Of a DNA stretch of 64,000 bases, positions 12,787 to 25,900 are shown piece after piece. Made by a program: the position numbers and the translations under genes. Origin of the DNA: Paragordius varius (lineage: Eukaryota; Animalia; Nematomorpha). The stretch lies in assembly GCA_964247055.1 (NCBI GenBank), contig OZ176050.1:9300001-9364000 (forward strand). Direction: 5' to 3'. A model generated the notes under the pieces. That model was not told where the DNA came from. It saw only the letters and a program-made list of their open reading frames with translations, and searched no databases. Position 1 is the first letter of the stretch; every line of letters begins with the position of its first letter.

Positions 12787-15710
12787 ATGGAAAATAACTA
12801 CCAAACAAAACATTTCACCAATTTACAATATAATTCTTCCACTTTTATGCCAACTTTCGATAGACCATTGATTCGATATAATTATAATGCCAGGCAAATA
12901 CCCATTAGGAAACAAGAAGCAAAAGATTCCGATTTTATTATTGAAAATGAAACAACATTTTCTGTTTTCAATCGTCTTTCTTCCACAGATGAATTTTTAG
13001 CTGAGCCAAAAAAGTAAGATATTTATTCACCCTGCTCGTTTTTTACACATTTTTTTGGCTTTTCGCTGATGTCAAATCAATTTCACGTTTAGCCGTGTTT
13101 TATTTTTCTATTAAAACTTTTTTCAAATACAATGTCAAAGGGCAATTGGTCATCATTTATGATGGTGTATTTTTATATTACATATCAGCATTGTACCGAG
13201 TTTGATTATTTTCTTTTATGCATAAATTTTTATAAAATGCTACTAGACCACAAAAATTTTATGATAATTATTTTAGTTTTAGCCAAAAAATTTAGCAACT
13301 GATTTAATTTTGATCATTTATTGAATATTAAGGATAGCCGCATCCGATGTTATCCAACAAAACAAAGGAGATAACAGAAATTTACCAGAAGAAGTTAAAA
13401 GTACCATTGACATACTTTCGGTAATAAGATATATTTATTGAAACATTGATGGATTTATTATCTATATTTTTTAAACTTTTTTACATCAAATATTTTTTTG
13501 TCAAGATATCAGGATGGGTTAAGATATTCATTATATGTGTGCATAATCAGGGGTTATGGCAATCCAATTTTGTTATGTAATAAATATGGCTGGTAACTAG
13601 AAAAAAATTGTTTACAAAAAAGTTATTTTCTCAAAATGGCTAAAGAGAGAAAATACCAAAAATTATAAGTACGAATAAAATTATATGTATGAAATTCTAT
13701 TAAATTATATAATTGAGTTAAATCAATAATAAATAATTTTTTTATAAATAAATATTTGCTAAAATTCGGTTTGTTTGGTTTTTCCATTTTGCAATATCTC
13801 GGGAATGTGATGTGCCTTACATCTTTCAAAAAAAACTGGTTATCCCATTTATAGAATATTAAGAACCGTGTGATTTTGGATTTTTAAGAGACGAAATAAA
13901 ATAATTTTAAGTAATAGGATATATTTTAACTTGTTTTCAATGAATGTATTTATTACACCCTTTTTTAAAAATAGACGGTTTTCAACATTAATTAAATAAA
14001 ATGATAATAGTTTTATATTTTTAAATAATATATATTGTTTCACAGCAAAAAAGGGAAAATTTAAATTGCACTATTAGATAATTTGAATTCCTGTTGATTA
14101 TAAATTAGAAATTACTATAATTATGAACTTGAAAATGTAAGTTATAAAATTTAGTTGTCTGCTAACACGGTTGAATTACATATCTCCTTTATTTTTCAGG
14201 AAGACTTGTAGTATTGTAAAAAAACATTGTCGTAAAAGTTATTGTCATTTAACATTTTAAAGTTTGTTCCAAATATTAAAATTAAGATGGTCATAACAAT
14301 TGTAACAACAAGCTGATTTGAATTCCATAAGTGGCAAATTAAAATGCATTATAAATATATTGATTTTTTTATCATACACTTGTGTTCACTTTTTAGTGAT
14401 AACAATTTAAAAATTTCAGCCGCGGAAAGTTAGAGATGGGGATTTTATTTATATTTCTGTTGTAATTTTTTGAAGTCCCTAATAGGCCATGGATTCCATA
14501 TATTAAGACACCTAATATCGGTATTATTAAAAAAATATATTTTGCTGAGAGGCCCTAATTCCCAAAGTTATGGACGTGTTAAATATGATTCTTAAAAGAA
14601 CTCATAATTTTTTTTATAAAAATGTGATAAATGCAATTAGTTCAATGGATTAATTGCAAAACATATTCTCACAAAAAAATAATAAATATTAATTAACTTT
14701 TAAACCATTTTTATTTATAATATAGCATGCAACAAATTACATTTTCACCCAAATATCATGCATTGAAAATAAGTTTAAATATCACTTTCCTGTTGATTTC
14801 GATGATAATAAAATTGACATGTGCAATATACCATCGCACCAGGATTCTTCAATAACTTTAGTTTCTGATTCATGTTTATCAGATAAGGAAATTATAAAAG
14901 GTGACGGTACCTATTATGCAATCCTACAAAAATTAAACAAATTATTAGAAAATCAAACTAATTGGAATAACCCATTATTCAAACATGCCATAGATTTAAA
15001 AAATAAAATTCATTTTTTGGAATTACTAAAGGATATGTTTGCTCTGAGGAATGATACAACATTTAACTATTTCAAAGAAAATGAATCCGAAGTTAACGAC
15101 AAAGAAGTATCAATATATATGCTGGAGTGATTAAATATTTGTTTTTTGATATGAATCAAATATTTTTTATTAGTTAAATATAAAAAATGCCGTTAATACA
15201 TATACATTAATTTGTCCGAAATTGAGCCCGATTTTTTGGTTATAATAAAATTTGATTTTTGCCCAAAATTATAACCTTTAATCGATATTCATTGCACCTA
15301 AGACTATTGGTTTATGGTTAGGCCTTTTAGTTAACTCCATATTTATCGCACAGTGCAGTATCACCAAAATATCTCAATTATATCCTTTAAATAAATATAT
15401 GCTCTAATTTTAGAATAGCCCCGTACCAACGATTTCAAAATCGTTTGATTTATGCAATGATAACTCTATTTCATCCACTCATATTGACAAATATCTCAAA
15501 TACATTGACAATCTGACAAATGCATTGGTGGATAAGGTAAAACAGGAAAAACATTTTTGTCAATCTTTGCGCGTCAAAAATTTTGAAGATGCGTTCGATT
15601 CATTACTAAGTGAACGAGAAAAAAATGTGAGCTTAATGAAAGAAAATGGAAGAATGGAACGGGAACTCTATGAACTGCGATTACAATTACAAAGGTTTAT
15701 TTTTATGTAA
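12787..15710 (+). CDS. Hypothetical protein with C-terminal coiled coil, ~330 aa, no recognised family
   Basis: Exons 12787-13013, 13333-13420, 14726-15106, 15414-15710 join in frame (phases 2,0,0) with good GT-AG sites. The C-terminus DAFDSLLSEREKNVSLMKENGRMERELYELRLQLQRF is coiled-coil-like. An acceptor at 12778 suggests further upstream exons, so both ends are uncertain. Confidence 0.6.
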
Positions 15711-16810
15711 GGAGTATTAAACAGGCTAACAAAGTCTCTTATTGTCACCTCCCTCCGCAGTGTTGGCTGGTATTTAAAAATGCGCTAACGGCAAAAGGAC
15801 AGTTTTTTCTAGTGATCTGCAAAAGCATAGTTGTATACTATGTTTCACGTAAAAATCGCCTCAATTAACAATAAAGTATGACTTTTATGAAAGAGTGACT
15901 GCATGGCCGTAAAACTCCATAACAGGATTTCTTAGATAAGATTCCATTATTGCATTTACATGAGCTATATTGACCAATAAAAATAAACTTATAAAGCTTA
16001 ATAAATCAAACAATAGTTAGTTTTAAACTAACAATCGCCAAACAATTATAAAGATCAATATTAATTTTCAAAGGCGCATAACAGTCCGACAAATTTTGAA
16101 TTTTTATTTTGAAAAAATAAATACTAGTACAAAATAATATATATATATATATATATATATTCATAAAAATCAAAGTAATTTATATGTATAATCACCCAAT
16201 CATTTTTTAATAAGTGGTTCATAACAAAACACATTTTCTATGGGAAAATACTTATTAGATTAAACGATCAAAAACTAAAAACCAATGTACACAATGACTT
16301 TACGCTTGTGAACAAACTTTCCAATATGTCCTCAGATCAAATTAGTCTTAACCCATCTGAATATTAATTAGATATGTTTAATGCTTATAGTTTTTAATGC
16401 TTTTGTTTTACCATGTAACTATTTTTGTGCCAAGTTAAATTAAACTATATATTTATGAAAATTATATATTTATATTATATTTATATACACAAAAAATTTA
16501 TGTGGTCGATAATGTCGTCGAAATATTGTGTACATTTTTTTTATTAAAAATTTACAAAATATAAGTGTATAATAATTACAATATTGAAATAATTAGCAAT
16601 ATTTTTTAAATAAAAATTTTGGGTATTCAATAAAAAAAACAGTAATAGGAATGTGTATAAAGTTCATAATAAATATACAAGGTCATAACTACTATATTTC
16701 TGCTTAAACAAAATTTAAAACTGTAAAAATTTGGGAAAAAGTACAAAAATATTATAAAAAAATTATATATCCAGTTATATATATTTTAAATAATTATCAT
16801 ATTAAATAAT

Positions 16811-16887
16811 TTAATTGTTGTTATTTCTTTCCAAATTTCCATTGACTGAATCCGATTGAGCTAGATATAAAAATACTTGATAAATAA

Positions 16888-16929
<42 letters not shown>

Positions 16930-19900
16930 AACCAATAATCATATCTTTTTTGTTCACATAATTAACTCAATATACCTTGGATATAATGTTTTAACTTTTT
17001 GATAGAATCGACAGAAGATGTTTCTATACCGTTAATACCACCAGAAATGTTCTGTTCTGAGTTAGTAAGATTTTTGAATTCGATTTCCACATCATGCCCA
17101 TTTGTACCATTTGTTTGATGATAAATTTGTTCTTTGTCAATTGTTGTGCGTCGATTATTATTATTAAAATCAAGAATATTTGGTTCTGAATCATTTCCAA
17201 TATTATTGAACCCAAAATTGGTTGTATTATGCACTCCTAATGTCGTTCCTGGTAACTGAGGACTTTTATTTGATATAGTCTGCTATAATATAAATATATG
17301 ATATTGGATGAATGTAAATAAAAAAATCATGGCATTAAAAAGATTGAAATGCTCGCGCGTTCAATAGACCTTATCTTCAAAAAAGAAGCATTTAATGTCA
17401 AATATACGCATTAATTTATGGCCAAAACGAAAAAAATAAATTATTTAAGTATCACATATTTATTTCTTGGAACGATAAAATAGATTAAAATAAGTAAATT
17501 ACTTACCAAAGGTGATAAAATTTTTTTATTATGCTGAGTTGATTCTGAACGTCCTGATATTGTGGTAGTTCCACTTTTTGATTTTTTGTTATTATGGCTA
17601 TTAGCATTATTTATCCCATTTTGATTTTTATGCATTGTATAATAATCTTTAAGATCTAAAACGCTGTCTTCTCCAACATCTTCGTGCTCTACACCCATGG
17701 ATTTTTTTTAATTTTTACGTTCATCAAATTTATGCGTTTTATAATACGTATTTAATGTTGCAAAATAATAAATTTAAAAACGTGTAAAAAGATATCAATA
17801 AAATTGAACTTTGAATGACGAGTACAAAGTTTATATAAACCAAAAATTATTACTTTGAAAGTAAAATTAGTGTGTAATAAATATACCATTGTTAATAATT
17901 TTGGTTTTTCCATGATCATTAACAATTAAACTATCGAGAGATGATGTATCTGTCTCATCATCGCTATCATTATAATAATATGCATTAAGGCCTGTTTTCG
18001 GTTTCGTACCCTTTTTTGAATTTGTGTGTTTGGTTACCAAGGTGTATTCTATATTAGTCATATAGAGTGCAAAAAATTTATTTTATTATATATGACTGAA
18101 TAACAAAATTTTATTAATTTTTATTATCTATAAAAATATATGCCCTTTACCTTTTTTATATTGAATAATAACTTATGCGCAGGACCGCTGCTTATGGCAT
18201 ACAGCTATCCAAAGGGTTACCTCCATATCGGAAGAAAAAAACCCTTAAAGGTTGATAATAACTTAAAATGGCACTAAAAATTACCAGTTTTTAAAACAAC
18301 TATCATTTAAAACTAGTTGGGTTCGTTAAACACCTTTAATTACATAATTAATATTCAAATAATAAAATGTAGCTAGCTTTTATTAAACATAAAAGATAAA
18401 AATTATTATTGTACAGTTTTTTTATTCATCAATAATTTCACATTCAACCTCAAAATTCTTTCAACCAAGTACAAAACCACGATTGGTGCGCAATCATTTT
18501 TTACAATATCAATGCTTTTTTGAAGTATTTTTCATTATATTAATTCTTTTTTGGACAAATATTTCGTGTTTAAATTTCTATCCATAATTGAATTCCAGCT
18601 TTTCATATATTAAAATTCACGAAGGTGCAAAATTAACCATAAAACCGTATATTTTACATAAAATCTTGTTAAGATTGGTAGGCCTTTTTTCAAATAACAA
18701 AAAAATGTTCAAAGTACAAGATATTTTTACGCATTATTTTTATCATATGCCACTATTTTTTACAATCACTATTATATTAATTGCTGAAATACGCAGTTTT
18801 TTTACATAATGGGTTGCAAACTCATTTCAAAAAATATATATCGGTTTTGATTTTTTGCAGACCAGTTCTTTGGGTTCCAAAAAAAGTTTTTAAAACACAA
18901 AAAGTAGTTTCATTTGATCTAAGCCGCATAATTATGATTTACAATCGTTTCCCGTTCTCGAAAAATTTAATTTCAACCACTAATTATAATATAATCATAA
19001 ATCTTACCAACATTCTTGTGTTTTGATGACCCGTTCGAATTAAAACTGTTCAATCGATTGTATTGAAAACGGTTGGGAACAAGGTTGTGGCCTTGACGCA
19101 ATTTTCCTCCCATAACTTGATTCACAAGTCCATGCAACGTATGTCCAATATTAAAAAATCCCATAAAACCTGCTCCCTTAACATTATTACGTTTATGAGC
19201 GACGTGATAGTTATCAACACCATTATCATACACGGCTTTTTGACCGTTTCCATTTATCTAGTGTATTAAAAAAGAAAATATCAACATATTATTATATAAA
19301 TCTTTCCAAAACTAAATAAACAGGATATTGGATTTAAACATCTCAAATACATGCTTTAATTTTTAAAAAATTAAGTCAATTTAATTTAGGAGAAATATAA
19401 AACAAATTTAGTAGAAGTTTTTTACCAAAGAAATCTTAGAAATTAATTGATATAATTACATTTTGATATTCTTCATCGTCATCATTTGCAAAGGTAGCAA
19501 ATTTGGGTTCTCGTTTTCTTTTTGTAGCTAAAACAGAAATATAAAATATAACAATTTTTAAAAAATAGCTTTCTTAAATATGAAATTACAAATTTTATTT
19601 AATGTTACTATCCATAGTTTATTACCTTGTTTCCGCATGATGAATAAAATGGCTAAAGTAACAGACACTGGTATAGAAAGGGCGAATACGATTATAACGG
19701 TGGAATTATTGAGTTTCTGACTAGAGTGCTTCAACTTCGATAGCGTAGTGTGGGGCATTGTAATGTTTTTATCAGAGTCTTCTGTATAGAAATAAATTTA
19801 AGTTATTGTGATATAAAGTTATAGTAAAACAAAACAAAAATATTTGACATTTACCATTATCATCGATACCATAATTTGTTTTTCGTGTACCATCAAATGT

Positions 19901-22900
19901 ATCCATACTTTTACCTGTTACAGTCTTTGTTGAAATCTCATTACCTGGATTAATATTGGAATTATCAAAAGTGGAGTCGATCTTATCGTTAGTTGTTGGT
20001 ACACCGGCTTTTTTAACCGATGGTTTTTTATGAAAATTATCAAGAGCATCCGTCTTTTTTACAATTTCATTATCCGTTATACCAATGTGCTTTATTTCCA
20101 TAACACCGGGTTCAAGATCCAAGTCTGCAATATATTAATTGTAGTTAGGGTAAAAATATATTAAAAAACAAAAATTGTGCGAAATTAATTATTTGCCACT
20201 AGAGATTGAAATGAAAAAAAAGTTGCAAATATCCAAAAAATAAAGCATCTTATACATATATGTACTTACTGTCAGGTGTAAGGGTAAATTTCCATAAATT
20301 TTGGGTATTAGGTCTGAGTCCTCCCAAATAAATATAAATCTCATCAGTAAGAGTATCGTAATATGATGTCATATCATGCGGGTAAAAAACTAAGGGCTCA
20401 GAATCGTTCTAACGAAAAATGTAACAGTTAAGCACCATCATTTACATGATCGAAAAGAATAAAGTATTAATAAGTTTGTTGTTTTAAAAAGCCTATATAT
20501 ATTAAATTTTAATTGTTGGTTAATTAACGCTTTTAAAAACATGGGGATAAACGGGGTAAAAATCTTCAGAGCACTGATAAAAACACCTTTTTAACCTACA
20601 ATCATTAATTCAAAAATAGTTCAGAATAATTTTGTAAATCAAATAATATGGTAATTATGAAAAACCTTAATCAAAGGTACTATTGCCATAGGATTAATTT
20701 TGTTTTCAATGAAATCGTAAGGACTTTCCTCCAAAAGCTTTTCAGTGTGTCCAATGACCGGGAAAAATAGTAGTGCAGGAGCGCGCAGAGGTTCCAACAT
20801 AAACGAAATTGAATCGGATCTCAATGCAATCAAAATTCCTAAAAGACGATGAGTATCTTTGGTTTTTGCGAACCTAAATTTTAGCACAAATAAAATGGAC
20901 ATATAATGTTTGAATATTATAAAATGTCCTCATAATTTAAAAAAACGGATATCTAATTTCTCAACTCCAATAGAGTTATTAAATATTTTAACATACTTAA
21001 AAAATTTAAATGTCTTAAGAACATCATTACTTCACATTAGTTTTAAATTTTAATATATAGATAATAGTAATTTAAATTTATGAATTTTAAAAATTAAACA
21101 TTAATAATTCACTTTATCCAAACAAAAAATTAACAAATCAGAATATACAATTAACTTAAAAGTATGAAAAGTATTTATTACAACATTAAGATATTGCAAT
21201 CGAATTAAGTAATTAAAAAAAGCGAATCCTATATAAATTATTTTACGTGTAATCTACCTCATTCCATATTCAAATCAGACTATAAATTCTATATTAATAA
21301 AAAGTTTTCAAAAATTACACTGCTGTATTAAACAGTGTCATACTTAGTATTGAGCAAAGAAACATATGTGACGGCATATATACTTCCCCTTTGAACAGTT
21401 GGTATAAATAAAGATGGACATTTTACATGTAATTTAACTGATGAATCAGCTTTTAAAGCTTGATTTTGAATATCTAGGCACATAATACGACCATTTTCGC
21501 GGTCTGCAATAAATAGCAGTCGATCTGTAGCAGACGTTCTATTACATATGAAAAAGTATATTTTACTATTGTTTAGCATTTTTTGATAATTTTAATTATT
21601 TTAGAATTATTTTAAGCATCTAAAAACACTATTGATGCATTTATATTAAACAATTTTTACCATTAACTGACAAATAAAAGGTTTTAATAGAATTATATAT
21701 GTAAATACATATTTATTTATAAAAATTTATTATAATTGTTAGGCAATATATGAAATATATTTTATTAAATTATGATTTTTATATCTTGTGCTCCATTATT
21801 TGAATATATTATAAAAATAATTGTAAATGTAATTATTACTTTTCATCCATAGGTACAGTTACTAAAGCTAACGAATGAGGAACATTTAATTGCAAGGTAG
21901 GACGATCTATTAAAGTACAATTAAAAAAATATTTGCGTATCGAACGAATCGTTTAATTAAAGAATTCTAAAAAAGTTATAAATTATACTTGGGAGTGATG
22001 GAGCCGCATCAAATTGCGTTAAATATTCTCCGGTAGAAGAAAACTTTACAATGCGCCTATTACAATACCTTTTATATAAAATAAAAGGGATATTATATTA
22101 AACTAATAAAAGAAACATATAACTTCTAACATATTTTCTATTCACTTAAATATACCGTTTAATAAGAGCTAAAAGATATATAACACACCAAATAGGCATA
22201 CTTATATTCGCATATTGTTGATTAAGTAAGAAAATACAGAAGATATTTTAATGGCTAATTTAGATGATTTGAAATATTTAAACAGTGAAATACCGTCATA
22301 ATGACTTAAGTTTTTTAACCCCCTTATCCACTGAAGCTTTTTAAAAAAATAAAAATTTTTTTTTGTTTGGAAACCAATGTTATTTTAGATTTCTAACATC
22401 TTGTATGCAAAAACTAATATAATTAAATACAAATTTTTTATTTTTTAATATAATCGCTCTAAAAATTAGTATGAGGCTGGCTAAGGCTGGAAAAACAATG
22501 TCTGATGATAAATTTGATGGCTTATAAAAACCCGACTAGGTATATGTATCTTTAAAATTAAAATATTGTATATTTTAAAAAGATTCGTGAAAAGGGGAAG
22601 GGAGCGCTAATGTAAATAATAATCTAATTTTGAGTATACCCATCAGCGACAAAGAGTTCTTGAGTCACGGATGATACAACAATAGCAGCGGGTTGACAAA
22701 AATGCTTGGAATCCGAACCAGGTTCAAATTTCACGCCTAGTTTTAAAACAATTTTTGGATCTTCCGCGCCCAATTTCCATGGAGATAATTTCATAACCTA
22801 GTTAAAAATGAAAAAATAAATTGGTAATTGAGATTATTTTCATCGAAAATATTTCAACAATTAAAGGGCACAGCATATGTATTAAGGTGTGAACTTTCAG

Positions 22901-25900
22901 TGATTTTTTAAGTCAAAAAAACTTATTAAGTATATTCCAAATATACTTGTATGATAATATTATTATATATCTTATATATTTTTTATTTTTACAAATATAG
23001 TTTTCATGAAATAACTAAAATAATAAAGCAAACTTGGTGTTGTGCAACATCAGTCACCCATACATTGGCTTGATTATCGACTGTAATGCCGTGTGGCAAA
23101 TAAAACATATTTGCCCCAAAAGATGCAATCAATTTACCATTCCCACCATTTCCTTTAAAAACGAGGATTGTATCTTGAGTTATAGGAGATGTATCTTTTT
23201 CCCGATACGTGAAATCTGTGTTGAAGGTGCTATAATATATAATAATGTAATTTATAAAGTTAATTTATATTAACAAAAATAAGAGTTAAAAAATTAATAC
23301 ATAGGGAAAATTATTATATAATGATATGAATAACAAATATATAAATAGGGGCAGAGTGGATAAGAGGAGTCAAGTATATTTACTGAAATATGTCAGCAAT
23401 TATAAAATTTTCTGTGTTGTAAGCCAAACTTTAAACCATCTTTTAGATTTTTAAACCATCATGTGATAAAACGAAAATTAATTTTAAATAAGTATTAAAA
23501 AAATTCGCCTTATTATCATGCATTGTGCAAATCGATTGTTTATTATGCGCATCATGAACTTAAACGCGTGAATATAGAATAAGGTGCCCAAAACCTCATT
23601 TAGAGACTAAAAAATATCCAATAATAACTTAATAATAAAAAATTATAGACTCAAAAATATCCACCACCTTAGTAGTTTGTAGAAAATATAGATTTATTAA
23701 TGATTAATTTCCAAAAAGGTATCTCTTATAAAGATTTTTTAAGGTTAAACATTGTAAATCACCTTATACAAATAATCTAAAATGGTTTGAAACCTCTCAT
23801 TCCAAACGTTAGGCCCTCTTTGGAACACAAAGATAAATGTGTTATTTTCTCCATTCGTATAAGTAGCAAGGCCTCCTATCTGACCAATAGGTGATGTTAA
23901 TCGTGGCCATTCCGAATCATAAGTCATATTGACTAAAAAAGTGTCATATAAAAATAATTTATTTTCAAAATCGCATTCATGGTTACATCATGCACGGTAT
24001 GAGAACATCGAATAAAACAAACGTTGTATACAACAGGAAAATATGTAGAATTAGTAAATCATGTATATTTTTAATTTTGTTAACATGCAAAATATATATT
24101 TGTCAGTATTTCACACTTGTAAAGTGAATTATATCATCTATTGGTAATAGATATAATAAAAAATGAAAATTTAAAATGTAGCGAAGAGATATGTAAAAAT
24201 CCATTTATTTGAAAAATCAAGCCATAAATTTAGTAATTTGGATATTGCTAGAGAAATATTCAGAATTGTCGTGTTAATATATTATATAAAATATAGGGTA
24301 AGTGATATTTTTAGATGGGACCGGAAATATTTGTAAAACTCTGCTTTAATTAGCCGTAAAAATCTTCTCTTCACAAAACAGAATATATGAAGAAATTAAT
24401 TTTGTTTTTAATAATATGAGTCAGGTTGCATAAGATAAACGTGGTTTAAACTCATCATTCTCATAAGGGTCAAAATTTTCTTTCAAACTGAAAAATTAAG
24501 AAACAAGCAACATTGTTAGTATATTTTATCAATCAGTCAAATCATAATCATTTGATATCATATGTTAAATTATTATAGGAATGCTAGTTGTGACGAATTC
24601 GTCCATAAACTTAATCATACACATTGACAAAAACACAAAAACAAACACACATATAAATAATGCACTGATTAACATTAATTTGAAACAAACATAACACAAA
24701 ATCATATAAACACAAACTTTAAATATATCGATGCAAAAAAAATACAAAGAAACGAGAAGCCATAGAAATACACTATTTACTAAAATCGATTGTTGGATCT
24801 TCCATTTCTAAAGGCTCGTTATTGGCGTTATAGTATGGGTCAAGTGATGAATCTACAGGTCTATTTCCCATATTAAATTCGAGAGCTTTTTGTAAAGAAA
24901 TTATTTTTTTTGGAGATCGGTACATGTAAGGAAGATTATCAGCTGATTGAACTGAATAGAATTGTGGTGAATCTGGATAAGATACGAAATAATCTTTCCC
25001 TCTATATCGAACATTTTCTTGGCGATTGTAATTTTGTTTTAAGATATTTTTGTACTTTTCATAATCAATATTTGCTGGCTCTCGTTTTAAAACAATATGT
25101 ACATCTTGCCAATGGAAATATAATTATTAATTTAATATTAATTAAACATTTAAGTCACAATTTAAAATAAATGATTAGCAACATTAATAATTGACTAACT
25201 CGTTTTCCAATTTTTTCCAAATCCCTTAGACAACGTGTGATGTTTGTGAGGAGTCATAAAATTGATGTCCTCCATTTGCGTTGCTTGTTTTGTCCATTTT
25301 GTATTTGCCAAAAGAGATAAATTTTCAAAATAGGATAGATTTGCAGTAATTATGGGTTTTGGTTTAATGTGGTCTCCATTTTCTAACAATAAATATTTAA
25401 TATTGAAAAAGTGGTATTATCATATAACAAAATATGAAAAAAAGTATTCTTTTAAGTGATATTTAAACCAAATATTAAAAAACGGCAAACATTTGAAATC
25501 ATAAAATAGGCAATAATAGTAAAAAAACATTTATAATATAAAAAATTTATAATACTCAAAATACGTACACACAAATTATATGTTATAATGAGCGTTGAAT
25601 ATACTGAATTATATTCAATATTTTTGTTTTTATCCATTGAACAAGATACTTCTCGATATATATTTGATTTATATAAATATTACGCGAATTTAATTATCAC
25701 ATAAATATTCGTTCCCGTTGACAAAATAAATAAAAAAGCGCATACACTTATACCAAGTGTAGTCATTAGTTATTACCAGTTTAACTAAAAAAATATGTCT
25801 GAAAAGTAGGCAGTCGAACCCCATTTTGTCCATCTGACATTAAACAACAAACACACACAACAAATAAAACTAGCGTTTAATTTTTTGTCATTCAAGAATC

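Noticed and set aside
15695-15724. A 17-nt (or 30-nt) intron extending the orphan gene beyond 15710
   Set aside because: Either is possible by GT-AG, but there is no homology to test it, and 17 nt is below every supported intron here.
18150-18210. Alternative terminal exon within PAM intron 24
   Set aside because: An acceptor exists but gives only AVCHKQRSCA-stop, with no supporting conservation.
18973-19233. Stand-alone amidated neuropeptide or antimicrobial peptide precursor (KR...GGK)
   Set aside because: It has no signal peptide, splices in phase with PAM exons on both sides, and resembles the conserved PAM cytosolic motifs. Being cytosolic, it would not meet convertases.
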